Of a DNA stretch of 32,655 bases, positions 9,191 to 18,128 are shown piece by piece. The DNA comes from Armatimonadota bacterium. GTDB lineage: Bacteria > Armatimonadota > UBA5829 > DSUL01. The notes under the pieces were generated by a model that saw only the letters and a program-made list of their open reading frames with translations, was not told where the DNA came from and ran no database searches. The translations under genes were made by a program, and so were the position numbers. Position 1 is the stretch's first letter, and each line of letters opens with the position of its first letter. Location of the stretch: the NCBI GenBank assembly GCA_037478975.1, contig JBBFLP010000002.1, positions 1-32,655 of the forward strand, in the 5' to 3' direction.

Positions 9191-10129
9191 ATGCTGGCTT
9201 TCGTGTTTCCCGGTCAGGGTTCGCAGCGTCCCGGAATGGGACAGGCTCTGTACAGTGAGTTCGAGGCCGCCAGAAAGGTGTGGGAGCGGGCGGACTCGTT
9301 GTTGGGCTTCTCCCTTTCGGATCTGGCGTTCAACGGACCGGAGGAGGAGCTGAAAGCCACGCGCAACGCCCAGCTTGCGCTTTACGTGTCGGAGGTGGCC
9401 GCGCTGCGGTGTTTGCAGCAGGTCGGTGCTAGGCCGGGGATCTGCGCCGGGCACAGCATCGGCGAATATGCTGCGCTGGTGGCGGCTGGAGCGATGGACT
9501 GGGAAGAGGGGCTCGGCCTGGTGCGTGTCAGGGCTGCGGCTATGGACCGCGCAGCCCAGGAGCGGCCCGGCGCGATGGCGGCAATCATCGGATTGCCGGC
9601 GGAGCAGGTGGCCGCGTGCGTGGAGGCCGCCTCCGGGGCGGGTATCGTCTGCATCGCGAATTACAACTCGGCGGAGCAGGTGGTCATTTCGGGAGAGAAA
9701 GAGGCCGTGGATGCCGCCTGTGCGGCGGCTTCGGAGGCCGGCGCGAAGAGGGTGGTGCCGCTGGCGGTAAGCGGCGCCTTCCACAGCCCCCTGATGGCCG
9801 CGGCGGCAGAGGAACTGGGACAGGCGCTTGCGGGAGCGCGGCTGGCGGTTCCGCAGGTTCCTGTGATAATGAACGTCACGGCCCGCCCGGCCGGTGGACC
9901 CGAGGAGGTCCGCAGGCTGCTGAAGGAGCAGGTTGTGGGACAGGTGCGCTGGCACGAGTGCGCTCAGGCCATTTTGGATGCAGGGCCGCGGGCGGTCATC
10001 GAGGCGGGCCCCGGGAAGGTTCTTTCCGGGCTCATGCGCCGGATGCCCGGCGCGCCTCAGGTGGTGGCCGTTGAGGAGCCGGGGGACGTGAGGGCAGCCG
10101 CTGCGGAGTTCGGTGGCGGGGAGGCTTGA
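9191..10129 (+). CDS. fabD: Malonyl-CoA:ACP transacylase
   Basis: MLAFVFPGQGSQ at the N-terminus, active-site GHSIGEYAAL, NYNSAEQVVISG, and SGAFHSPLM. The ATG at 9191 follows GAAGGGGGAG. The GTG at 9161 (a GTGA overlap with fabH) is an alternative start. Confidence 0.9.
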   Translation: MLAFVFPGQGSQRPGMGQALYSEFEAARKVWERADSLLGFSLSDLAFNGPEEELKATRNAQLALYVSEVAALRCLQQVGARPGICAGHSIGEYAALVAAGAMDWEEGLGLVRVRAAAMDRAAQERPGAMAAIIGLPAEQVAACVEAASGAGIVCIANYNSAEQVVISGEKEAVDAACAAASEAGAKRVVPLAVSGAFHSPLMAAAAEELGQALAGARLAVPQVPVIMNVTARPAGGPEEVRRLLKEQVVGQVRWHECAQAILDAGPRAVIEAGPGKVLSGLMRRMPGAPQVVAVEEPGDVRAAAAEFGGGEA

Positions 10130-10148
10130 GGACACGGAGGTATCGCAT

Positions 10149-10898
10149 TTGAGTCTCAAGGGACAGGTCGCGTTCGTCACAGGAGCGGGCCGCGCCGGAA
10201 AGGGCATCGGTAGGGCCATCTGTCTGGCGCTCGCTTCGCAGGGGGCGGACATCGCCATCGCCGACTTCGTGGCGGAGGCCGCGGAGGCGGTGGCTGAAGA
10301 GTGCCGCGCGCAGGGAGTGCGGGCGCTGGCGCTCCAGGGAAGCGTCTCGGACTCCGCCGACGTCGTCAGGATGGTGAACCGGACCGTCGAAGAGTTCGGA
10401 CGCATAGACATCCTTGTGAATAATGCCGGAATCACCCGGGACGGGTTGCTGGTGCGGATGTCGGATGAGGACTGGCAGGCTGTTCTGCAGACCAATCTCA
10501 CGGGCGCTTTCCTTTGCACCCGCGAGGTGGCGAAGGTCATGATGCGCCAGAGGTCCGGCCGTATCGTCAACATCGCGAGTGTGATGGGCGTGGTCGGGAA
10601 CGCGGGGCAGGCCAATTACTCCGCATCCAAGGCGGGGATGATCGCCCTCACCAAGACCACCGCGAAGGAACTGGGGCGGCGGGGGATTAACGTTAACGCG
10701 GTCGCGCCCGGCTTCATCCAGACCGTGATGACCGAGGAGATGCCGGAGGGTGCGAAAGCTAAGGTTTCGGAGCAGATACCGCTGGAGCGTCTGGGTACGC
10801 CTGAGGACGTGGCAAACGTGGTTCTGTTCCTTGTGGGAGATCTGTCCAGCTACGTGACCGGCCAGGTGGTTCACGTGGATGGCGGAATGGTGATGTAA
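10149..10898 (+). CDS. fabG: 3-oxoacyl-ACP reductase (SDR)
   Basis: LKGQVAFVTGAG...GIG, NNAGI, YSASKAG and PGFIQT. The TTG at 10149 lies 8 nt after GGAGG. The product is 249 aa. Confidence 0.92.
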   Translation: MSLKGQVAFVTGAGRAGKGIGRAICLALASQGADIAIADFVAEAAEAVAEECRAQGVRALALQGSVSDSADVVRMVNRTVEEFGRIDILVNNAGITRDGLLVRMSDEDWQAVLQTNLTGAFLCTREVAKVMMRQRSGRIVNIASVMGVVGNAGQANYSASKAGMIALTKTTAKELGRRGINVNAVAPGFIQTVMTEEMPEGAKAKVSEQIPLERLGTPEDVANVVLFLVGDLSSYVTGQVVHVDGGMVM

Positions 10899-10915
10899 GT
10901 CGAAGAGGAGCATAG

Positions 10916-11152
10916 ATGTCGACGTTTGAGCGCGTGAAGAAGGTTGTAGTGGAGCGGCTGAAGGTGTCGGAGGATCAGGTCACCGAGAACGCTTCGTTCG
11001 AGCATGACCTGAAGGCGGACTCGCTGGACGAGGTGGAGCTGGTGATGGGTCTTGAGGAGGAGTTCGAGATCCAGATCCCGGACGAGGACGCCGAGAAGAT
11101 CACCACGGTCGCTGAGGCCGTCAAATACATCGAGCAGAAGACTAAAGGTTGA
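10916..11152 (+). CDS. acpP: Acyl carrier protein
   Basis: 78 aa. [20 protein letters not shown] contains the DSL phosphopantetheine attachment serine. Confidence 0.95.
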   Translation: MSTFERVKKVVVERLKVSEDQVTENASFEHDLKADSLDEVELVMGLEEEFEIQIPDEDAEKITTVAEAVKYIEQKTKG

Positions 11153-11157
11153 TGCGG

Positions 11158-11198
11158 GGGCGCCCGGCGCGCCGTTTCCGGTGAACTGGCGGGCGCCC
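11158..11198 (+). other. Perfect 9-bp GC inverted repeat just after acpP (possible attenuator or processing hairpin)
   Basis: GGGCGCCCG (11158-11166) pairs perfectly with CGGGCGCCC (11190-11198). The loop is 23 nt and contains a small CCG/CGG stem. Only TTT follows, so this is not a canonical terminator. Confidence 0.3.
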
Positions 11199-11267
11199 TT
11201 TGCCGCATCCGGAGATCGGCTGAGGAGTCTTCCGGGTGCACGGGAGATTCCGGCGGTTGAGGTTTGA

Positions 11268-12518
11268 ATGAGCAACAACTCCAGGCGTAGAGTGGTGGTC
11301 ACCGGCATGGGCGCGGTGACGCCCGTCGGTTGCACCGTGGAGGCCATGTGGGATGCGCTCATCCACGGACGGTCCGGGGTGGGTCCGGTCACGCATTTCG
11401 ATGCTTCCCAGCATTCCAGTAAAATCGCGGCGGAGGTGAAGGATTTCGACCCGCTGCAGTATCTGTCGGCCAAGGAGGTAGACCGCAACGACCCGTTCGT
11501 GCAGTTCGCCATCGGGGCCGCGCTGGATGCGGTGAAGGATGCGGGACTGGAGATAGATGACTCCAACGCCGACCGTGTCGGCGTCCTTGTCGGGTCGGGG
11601 ATCGGTGGCACAAAAACCTGGGAAGAGCAGAATGCCGTCCTCCTGGAGCGCGGCCCCTCCCGGGTGAGTCCTTTCTTCGTGCCCATGCTCATCGCGGATA
11701 TGGCGAGCGGTCAGGTCTCCATCCTGACCGGGGCGAGGGGGCCGAACCTGGCGGTGGTGACGGCGTGCGCCACGGGCAGTCACGCCATCGGAGACGCGGC
11801 GGAGATCATCCGGCGGGGCGACGCCGACGCCATGATCGCGGGGGGCACGGAGGCGGCCGTGCGGCCGCTCGCAATGGCCGGGTTCTGCTCTATGAGGGCT
11901 CTTTCCACCCGCAATGACGAGCCGGAACGGGCCAGCCGGCCCTTCGATAAGGAGCGTGACGGCTTCGTCATCGGGGAGGGCGCCGGGTGCGTGGTGCTGG
12001 AAGAGTACGAGCACGCCCGCAGCCGCGGGGCCCGGATCTACGGCGAGGTGCTGGGATATGGCCTGTCAGGAGATGCCTACCATATCACCCAGCCCGCGCC
12101 GGGCGGTCACGGGGCTCAGAAGTGCATGCGGATGGCGCTGGAGGACGCTGGCCTGCCGCTGGATGCGGTGAGCTACATCAACGCTCACGGCACCTCCACG
12201 CCGCCGAACGATCGCATCGAGACCGAGGCCATAAAGGCTGTGTTTGGTCCGGATCTGGCCTACCGCATCCCCGTCAGCTCCACGAAGTCCATGACGGGGC
12301 ATCTGCTCGGCGCGGCAGGCGCGGTGGAGGCTATTGTCTGCCTGAAAGCCATCGAGCAGGGCATACTGCCGCCCACCATCAATTATGAGTTCCCGGACCC
12401 GGACTGCGACCTGGACTACGTGCCGAACGAGGCTCGGGAGGCGAATGTGACCGTCGCGCTGTCCAACTCGTTCGGGTTCGGAGGGCACAACGCCACCCTG
12501 GTTTTCGGCAAGGTCTGA
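11268..12518 (+). CDS. fabF: 3-oxoacyl-ACP synthase II
   Basis: 416 aa with RRVVVTGMG, active-site [33 protein letters not shown] and NSFGFGGHN. Confidence 0.95.
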   Translation: MSNNSRRRVVVTGMGAVTPVGCTVEAMWDALIHGRSGVGPVTHFDASQHSSKIAAEVKDFDPLQYLSAKEVDRNDPFVQFAIGAALDAVKDAGLEIDDSNADRVGVLVGSGIGGTKTWEEQNAVLLERGPSRVSPFFVPMLIADMASGQVSILTGARGPNLAVVTACATGSHAIGDAAEIIRRGDADAMIAGGTEAAVRPLAMAGFCSMRALSTRNDEPERASRPFDKERDGFVIGEGAGCVVLEEYEHARSRGARIYGEVLGYGLSGDAYHITQPAPGGHGAQKCMRMALEDAGLPLDAVSYINAHGTSTPPNDRIETEAIKAVFGPDLAYRIPVSSTKSMTGHLLGAAGAVEAIVCLKAIEQGILPPTINYEFPDPDCDLDYVPNEAREANVTVALSNSFGFGGHNATLVFGKV

Positions 12519-12545
12519 CGCCGGCCCGTTTTGGATGTCTTGTGA

Positions 12546-12577
12546 GGGGCAGCGGTTTCCGGCCGGGCCGTTGCCCC
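12546..12577 (+). other. 10-bp hairpin in the fabF-aspC spacer, immediately upstream of the aspC RBS
   Basis: GGGGCAGCGG (12546-12555) pairs with CCGTTGCCCC (12568-12577) with one G:U pair. The 12-nt loop contains the CCGGCCGG palindrome. No T-tract follows. AGGAGGGAG comes next. Confidence 0.3.
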
Positions 12578-12602
12578 GGAAGATCAGGAGGGAGTCTGAA
12601 GA

Positions 12603-13790
12603 ATGGCCATCTCGGAACGCGCGCGCAGGGCGAGCCCCTCGCCGACGCTCGGAATCACCGCTAAGGCGAATCAGCTCAAGGCGCAGGGGGTGGATCTGAT
12701 CGGATTCGCCGCGGGCGAGCCCGATTTCGACACACCGCAGCACATCAAAGACGCGGCTGCGGCGGCGCTGGCGGCGGGGGTCACCAAGTACACCCCGTCC
12801 ACCGGGACGCCGGAGCTCAAAAAGGCCATCGTCGAGAAGCTGGAGCGCGACAACGGCCTGAGCTATGACGTCAGCCAGATCGCCGTGTCCTGCGGGGCCA
12901 AGCACAGCATCTACAATGCGTTCCAGGCCGTGCTGGATCCCGGGGACGAGGTCATCATCCCGGCCCCTTACTGGGTGTCCTATCCCGAGCAGGTGCTGCT
13001 GGCTGAGGGCAAGCCCGTCATCGTCCGGACGGACGAGTCCACTGGGTTCCGGATGAGCGCGGCGCAGTTCGAGGAAGCCTGTACGTCCCGGACGAAGATG
13101 CTGGTCCTCAACAGCCCGTCCAACCCTACGGGTGGCGTGTATACCCGGCGGGATCTGGAGGAGATTGCGGAGGTCGCCGTTCGCAAGGGAGTGATGGTCC
13201 TTTCGGACGAGATCTACGAGAAGATCATCTACGGGGAGGAGCATGTCTCCATCGCATCCCTTGGCAAAGAGATCTATGACCTCACCATCACGGTGAACGG
13301 CTTCTCCAAGTCCTACTCCATGACCGGATGGCGGCTGGGATACATGGCCGCCTCGAAAGAGATCATCGGGGCCGTGGGCAAGATCCAGGATCAGAGCACG
13401 TCCAATCCCACCAGCTTCGCGCAGAAGGGCGCCGTGGCGGCCCTCACCGGTCCGCAGGAGTGCGTGGAGGAGATGCGCCGCGAGTTCGAGCGCAGGCGGG
13501 ATCGCATTGTGGAGCTGTTGAACGCCTGCCCGGGCGTGGAGTGTCTGACTCCCGGTGGGGCGTTCTACGTCTTTCCGAACGTCTCGGGCGTCCTCAAGAT
13601 GTCCGGCGGGAAGTTCGCGGACTCGGACGCGCTGGCCGAGTGGCTGCTGGAGGCGGCGAAGGTGGCCATCGTCCCCGGCTCCGGCTTCGGCGCGCCGGAG
13701 AACGTGCGCCTGAGCTACGCCACCTCGATGCAGGCCATCGAAGAGGGACTGGCGCGGATGCGGAGCGCGCTGGAGGGATTGCAGGGCTGA
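12603..13790 (+). CDS. Pyridoxal-phosphate-dependent aspartate aminotransferase (class I, Thermus/Bacillus AspB-like)
   Basis: 395 aa with GEPDFDTP, YTPSTGTPELK, SPSNPTG and the PLP lysine context NGFSKSYSMTGWRLGY. Substrate specificity is inferred from family resemblance only. Confidence 0.85.
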   Translation: MAISERARRASPSPTLGITAKANQLKAQGVDLIGFAAGEPDFDTPQHIKDAAAAALAAGVTKYTPSTGTPELKKAIVEKLERDNGLSYDVSQIAVSCGAKHSIYNAFQAVLDPGDEVIIPAPYWVSYPEQVLLAEGKPVIVRTDESTGFRMSAAQFEEACTSRTKMLVLNSPSNPTGGVYTRRDLEEIAEVAVRKGVMVLSDEIYEKIIYGEEHVSIASLGKEIYDLTITVNGFSKSYSMTGWRLGYMAASKEIIGAVGKIQDQSTSNPTSFAQKGAVAALTGPQECVEEMRREFERRRDRIVELLNACPGVECLTPGGAFYVFPNVSGVLKMSGGKFADSDALAEWLLEAAKVAIVPGSGFGAPENVRLSYATSMQAIEEGLARMRSALEGLQG

Positions 13791-13796
13791 CGGGCT

Positions 13797-14531
13797 GTGG
13801 AAGAGCGTCAACCGGCCGCCGTGTCGCTTGAGGAACTCCTGGCGCTGCAGCAGCGCCTGGGGGTGGGGCTCAGCGATCTGGATTTGCTGCGGCAGGCTCT
13901 GACGCACCGCTCCTATCTCGGAGAGACCACCGGGTTCCAGAGCAACGAACGTCTGGAGTTCCTGGGAGACTCGGTCCTCGGGCTGGTCGTCGCGGAATAC
14001 CTCTACCACCATCTGGAAGGCCGCCCCGAGGGTGACCTCTCACGCGCCAGGGCCGTTGCGGTCAGCGAGCCGACGCTGGCGGAGGCGGCTCGCCGTCTTG
14101 ATCTTCAGAGCGCCCTGCAGGTGTCCACGGGCGAGCGTCTCTCGGGAGGGCTGGATCGCGACTCCATCCTGTCGGACACATACGAGGCGGTAGTCGCGGT
14201 CATCTATCTGGACAGGGGGCTGGATGCGGCCCGCGAGTTCGTTCTGCGCACGCTGAGCGACGTTCTGCAGCGCATCGAAGAAGGCTCGCACCTGCGGGAT
14301 TTCAAGTCACAACTCCAGCAGCTGACGCAGGCGCGTCATCGCGTCACTCCGCGATATCACGTGGTCCAGGAGTCCGGCGCCGATCACGATAAGACCTTCG
14401 TTGTGGAGGTGGAGGTGAACGGGAAACGCCTGGGGCGCGGTGTCGGCAAGAGCAAGAAGCAGGCCGAGCAGGCCGCCGCGGAGCAGGCGCTGAGCAGGGG
14501 ACTTTTTATGGACGCGCTGGAGGAGGGCTGA
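13797..14531 (+). CDS. rnc: Ribonuclease III
   Basis: ALTHRSY, the signature NERLEFLGDSVL, and a C-terminal dsRBD (GKSKKQAEQAAAEQAL). GTG start. Confidence 0.93.
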   Translation: MEERQPAAVSLEELLALQQRLGVGLSDLDLLRQALTHRSYLGETTGFQSNERLEFLGDSVLGLVVAEYLYHHLEGRPEGDLSRARAVAVSEPTLAEAARRLDLQSALQVSTGERLSGGLDRDSILSDTYEAVVAVIYLDRGLDAAREFVLRTLSDVLQRIEEGSHLRDFKSQLQQLTQARHRVTPRYHVVQESGADHDKTFVVEVEVNGKRLGRGVGKSKKQAEQAAAEQALSRGLFMDALEEG

Positions 14532-14535
14532 GTCT

Positions 14536-15345
14536 ATGCGGTTGCCGGACGACGTGGAGATCGGTGTCTTCGGCGGAACAGGCCTTTATTCCCTGCTGGA
14601 AAACGCAGCCGAGCACCGGGTGGAGACTCCTTACGGTCCTCCCAGTGACTCCGTAATGGTGGGGGAGCTTGCCGGCAGGAAGGTGGCCTTCCTGCCCCGT
14701 CACGGCCGGCAGCATACCATTCCACCCCACGCGATCCCGTATCTGGCGAATGTGTTTGCCTTCAAGAAGCTGGGCGTGTCGCGGATCATAGCGCCGTCCG
14801 CCTGCGGAAGCCTTCAGCCAGAGATCCATCCGGGGAGTTTCGTGGTCTCGGATCAGTTCGTGGACCGGACCCGGGGCCGGAAGGACACCTTCTACGATGG
14901 TCCCGTCGTTACCCACGTGAGCACCGCGGAGCCTTACTGCCCCGAGCTCCGAGAGCTTGCCTGTCAGGTGATCTCCGGTCTGGGGATCCCGCTCCACCGG
15001 CAGGGTACCTGTGTGGTGGTGCAGGGGCCGCGCTTCAGCACGCGGGCGGAGAGCCGTTTCTTCACGGAGTGCGGCTGGCATACGGTGAATATGACGCAGT
15101 ACCCGGAGGTGGTTCTAGCGCGCGAGCTTGAGATGTGTTACGTTAACATCTCGCTGGTCACCGACTACGACGCAGGGATCGTGGCGAAGGACGGCAGCGG
15201 GCACGCTGTCACCACCGACGTCATGGCCGTGCTTCAGCAGAACAGCCGGAACGTACGGGAGGTGATCCGGGAGATGGTCTCGAGAATGCCCCGCCAGCGC
15301 TCGTGCGGCTGCGGTAACGTACTGGAGACCAGCCGCATTGAGTGA
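14536..15345 (+). CDS. mtnP: S-methyl-5'-thioadenosine phosphorylase
   Basis: IGVFGGTGLY, ETPYGPPS, FLPRHGRQHTIPPH, ACGSLQ, and TVNMTQYPEVVLARELEMCY are typical of MTAP/PNP-family MTA phosphorylases. Confidence 0.85.
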   Translation: MRLPDDVEIGVFGGTGLYSLLENAAEHRVETPYGPPSDSVMVGELAGRKVAFLPRHGRQHTIPPHAIPYLANVFAFKKLGVSRIIAPSACGSLQPEIHPGSFVVSDQFVDRTRGRKDTFYDGPVVTHVSTAEPYCPELRELACQVISGLGIPLHRQGTCVVVQGPRFSTRAESRFFTECGWHTVNMTQYPEVVLARELEMCYVNISLVTDYDAGIVAKDGSGHAVTTDVMAVLQQNSRNVREVIREMVSRMPRQRSCGCGNVLETSRIE

Positions 15346-16390
15346 AATCCCGGACAATGCTCCTCTCCGGACAGTGGAGTGGGTGGACGGGCAGCTTGTG
15401 CTGATAGACCAGACGCGCATTCCGCTTGCCCTGGAGTATGTCCGTCTCTCGACGCCGGAGGAAGTGGAGGCGGCCATCCGCACAATGGTGGTGCGGGGCG
15501 CTCCGGCCATCGGCGCAGCGGGAGCTTACGGAGTAGCCTTGGCCCTGAAGCGCTGGTGTGGGCGGGAAGCCTTCGAACGCGATGTGCAACGCCTGCGGGA
15601 TGCGCGCCCCACCGCCGTGAATCTGCGCTGGGCGGTTGACCGCGCAGCTTCCATTGCGGCGCAATGGCTGGAACGTGACGACGTCACCACGGCGCTGGAG
15701 GCGGCCCTGAACGAGGCTCACGCCATTGCGCGGGAAGACGAAGAGGCAAACCGGTCCATCGCCCGTCACGGACTGAATCTCGTGCCGGAGGATTCTACCA
15801 TCCTGACCCACTGCAACACGGGCGATCTGGCCACTGTGACGGGCGGGACGGCGCTGGGCATCATCCGGGAGGCTTTCCGGATGGGACGACGGGTCCGCGT
15901 GTTCGCGGATGAAACACGTCCGCGCTTTCAGGGGCTCAGGCTTACAGCGTGGGAACTGGGCAGGGCGGGTATCCCGGTGACAGTCATCCCCGACGGGGCC
16001 GGGGCCAGCCTCATGAAGTCGGGACAGATTGATCTGGTCATCGTGGGTGCCGACCGGATCGCCGCTAACGGGGACGTCGCGAACAAGATCGGCACCTACA
16101 GCGTGGCGGTATGCGCCCGCGCTCACGGAGTGCCGTTCTACGTTGCCGCTCCCACCTCCACCTTCGACCTTTCTTGCCCGTCAGGCCAGTCCATTCCCAT
16201 CGAGGAACGCGACGCCCTGGAGGTGCTGGAACCCGCCGGACTGGAAGCGCCCCCGCCGGGAGCGCGGGTGTTCAACCCCGCCTTCGATGTCACCCCGGCT
16301 GATCTGGTGAGCGCCATCGTTACAGAGAAGGGCATCCTTCAGGGGGATTATGTGCGCGCCATCCGGGATCTTTTCGCGCCGGGGGCGTAG
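15338..16390 (+). CDS. mtnA: Methylthioribose-1-phosphate isomerase (eIF-2B alpha/beta/delta family)
   Basis: LIDQTRIP, MVVRGAPAIGAAGAYG, RPTAVNL, THCNTG, ADETRP..QG.RLTAWEL, and VGADRIAANGDVANKIGTY. The TTG start overlaps the mtnP stop by 8 nt. Confidence 0.85.
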   Translation: MSEIPDNAPLRTVEWVDGQLVLIDQTRIPLALEYVRLSTPEEVEAAIRTMVVRGAPAIGAAGAYGVALALKRWCGREAFERDVQRLRDARPTAVNLRWAVDRAASIAAQWLERDDVTTALEAALNEAHAIAREDEEANRSIARHGLNLVPEDSTILTHCNTGDLATVTGGTALGIIREAFRMGRRVRVFADETRPRFQGLRLTAWELGRAGIPVTVIPDGAGASLMKSGQIDLVIVGADRIAANGDVANKIGTYSVAVCARAHGVPFYVAAPTSTFDLSCPSGQSIPIEERDALEVLEPAGLEAPPPGARVFNPAFDVTPADLVSAIVTEKGILQGDYVRAIRDLFAPGA

Positions 16391-16434
16391 TCGCCTGTTG
16401 GATGCGTGGTGAGTATGGCAGAGGTAGGCAGACA

Positions 16435-16965
16435 ATGGAGAACAGTGCGCCGTTGAGGGCCGAGTCCCTCATCCGCTCGATTCCGGACTTCCCCCAGAAG
16501 GGGGTATTGTTCCGCGACATTACGCCCGTACTCGCGGACGCCGATGCATTCCGGGAGGTGGTGGACCGGCTGGTGGAGCTGGCCCGTCAGCTCAGGCCGG
16601 ACCGCATTCTGGGTATCGAGTCCCGCGGGTTCCTGATGGGGGCGCCCATCGCGCTGGAACTCGGTCTGGGCTTTGCGCTGGCCCGGAAGGAGGGCAAGCT
16701 TCCCGCCGAGAAGATCCGGGAAGAATATGCTCTGGAGTATGGCACCAACGTGCTGGAGCTTCACAGCGATGCTGTCCGTCAGGGCGAACGCGTGGTCGTG
16801 GTGGACGATCTGTTGGCCACCGGCGGTACAGCCGCTGCCGCAGGCCGGATGGTGCAGCGTCTGGGAGGCACTCCGGCGGGCTTTCTTTTCTTCATAGAGC
16901 TTGAGTTCCTCAAGGGCAGAAGCCGGTTGGAGGGCTATCCCGTTCACAGCCTGGTGCGCTTCTAG
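16435..16965 (+). CDS. apt: Adenine phosphoribosyltransferase
   Basis: IRSIPDFPQKGVLFRDITPVL and the PRPP-binding motif VVVVDDLLATGGTA. The ATG at 16435 follows GAGGTAGG. The product is 176 aa. Confidence 0.9.
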   Translation: MENSAPLRAESLIRSIPDFPQKGVLFRDITPVLADADAFREVVDRLVELARQLRPDRILGIESRGFLMGAPIALELGLGFALARKEGKLPAEKIREEYALEYGTNVLELHSDAVRQGERVVVVDDLLATGGTAAAAGRMVQRLGGTPAGFLFFIELEFLKGRSRLEGYPVHSLVRF

Positions 16966-16981
16966 CATAGACTGATTCCGA

Positions 16982-17008
16982 TTGACACTCGCAAGGGCCG
17001 ACTGCTAA
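16982..17008 (+). promoter_or_regulatory. CIRCE-like inverted repeat (putative HrcA operator) overlapping the promoter
   Basis: TTGACACTC-N9-GACTGCTAA matches the CIRCE consensus TTAGCACTC-N9-GAGTGCTAA at 15 of 18 positions. The two arms are only 6 of 9 self-complementary. Part of the match comes from the -35 and -10 hexamers themselves. Confidence 0.4.
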
Positions 17009-17011
17009 AAT
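16982..17011 (+). promoter_or_regulatory. Candidate sigma-70-type promoter of hrcA
   Basis: TTGACA (16982-16987), an 18-nt spacer, then TAAAAT (17006-17011). It lies about 90 nt upstream of the hrcA ATG. Confidence 0.5.
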
Positions 17012-17099
17012 GGGTTTGCGGGGCATGTGCGGGGATCTCCGCGGCATGTCCGTCTCTTCGCAGTTTCTCTTCCTGTTTTCGCCGGTTTTGGTCTCCAGG

Positions 17100-18128
17100 A
17101 TGCAGATGGACCAGCGCAAGCAGCAGATTCTCCGTGTGGTCGTGCGGAAGTACGTGGCGACGGCGGAGCCGGTGTCTTCGGATTACATCAGCTCCAGCTC
17201 GGGCCTCGGCGTCAAGTCGGCCACCGTGCGGAACGAAATGGCGGCCATGTCGGAGATGGGCTACCTCCTGCAGCCCCATACCAGCGCGGGCCGCATCCCA
17301 TCGGATCTGGGCTACCGTTACTATGTGGATCGCCTGATGCCCCGCGATCCTCAGGCCGTGCGTCAGCTGCCGCCTATGGAGACCGGACTGATGCGGGAGC
17401 ATACGGCGGTGGATGACCTGATCGCCGCGACCTGCCGGATGCTTTCTGCCGTCACCCACCTGACCGCCCTGGCCACAACGCCGCTCGCTTCAGGCATCAA
17501 ACTGAAGTATCTTGACCTTCAGGAGATTTCCGGGGGCAGGATCCTTGCTCTGAGCGTCTGGTCCAACGGCCAGGCGCGGCAGGCAGTTCTGGATGCGCCG
17601 GTCGGGGGAGCCCTTCTGGGGCAGGTGCGGAAAGCGGTCTGCACGGCCTATCTCAACCGCACGTCCGAGGATATCCTGAACGGAACCTGTCAGGCGGACC
17701 TCCAGCCCGGCCCCGCCACAGTACTGGGGGGGCGGGTACGGGAGTTCCTGGAGCACGCTGCGCGCGATGTAAGCCTGCCCGAGGTCATCGTCGATGGCAC
17801 CGGCTACTTCGTGAGGCAGCCGGAGTTCCGGGAGCAGCCGGGCCTGGAGCTTGTGCTGTCCGTGCTGGAGGACGAGAGGACAATGGGCCAGCTCCTGCTG
17901 GCCGCTGGCGCCGGGGAGAAGCCCCAGGTGGTCATTGGAGGGGAGAATCCCATCGAGGTCATGCGCTCCTGCAGTCTGGTGGCGGCGTCCTACGGCTCCT
18001 GGAGCGGCGTGCGGGGCAGCATCGGAGTCTGCGGACCCACCCGGATGGATTATGACCGCTCCGTGAGCGCCGTCGGGCTGGCGGCGCGGGCACTCTCGTC
18101 CGCTCTGGATGCCCTCCTGCCTGCCTGA
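17100..18128 (+). CDS. hrcA: Heat-inducible transcription repressor HrcA
   Basis: The N-terminal winged helix RKQQILRVVVRKYVATAEPVSSDYI...SATVRNEMAAMSEMGYLLQPHTSAGRIPSDLGYRYYVD is diagnostic. From the ATG at 17100 the product is 342 aa. The track start at 17010 adds an implausible leader. Confidence 0.9.
   Translation: MQMDQRKQQILRVVVRKYVATAEPVSSDYISSSSGLGVKSATVRNEMAAMSEMGYLLQPHTSAGRIPSDLGYRYYVDRLMPRDPQAVRQLPPMETGLMREHTAVDDLIAATCRMLSAVTHLTALATTPLASGIKLKYLDLQEISGGRILALSVWSNGQARQAVLDAPVGGALLGQVRKAVCTAYLNRTSEDILNGTCQADLQPGPATVLGGRVREFLEHAARDVSLPEVIVDGTGYFVRQPEFREQPGLELVLSVLEDERTMGQLLLAAGAGEKPQVVIGGENPIEVMRSCSLVAASYGSWSGVRGSIGVCGPTRMDYDRSVSAVGLAARALSSALDALLPA

Noticed and set aside
9008-10615. 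535-aa minus-strand ORF
   Set aside because: It is antisense to fabH, fabD and fabG. It is a shadow ORF.
12066-14012. 648-aa minus-strand ORF
   Set aside because: It is antisense to fabF, the aminotransferase and rnc, all of which carry clear catalytic motifs. Its composition is dominated by Arg/Gly/Leu/Pro/Asp/His, which is typical of shadow frames in GC-rich DNA.
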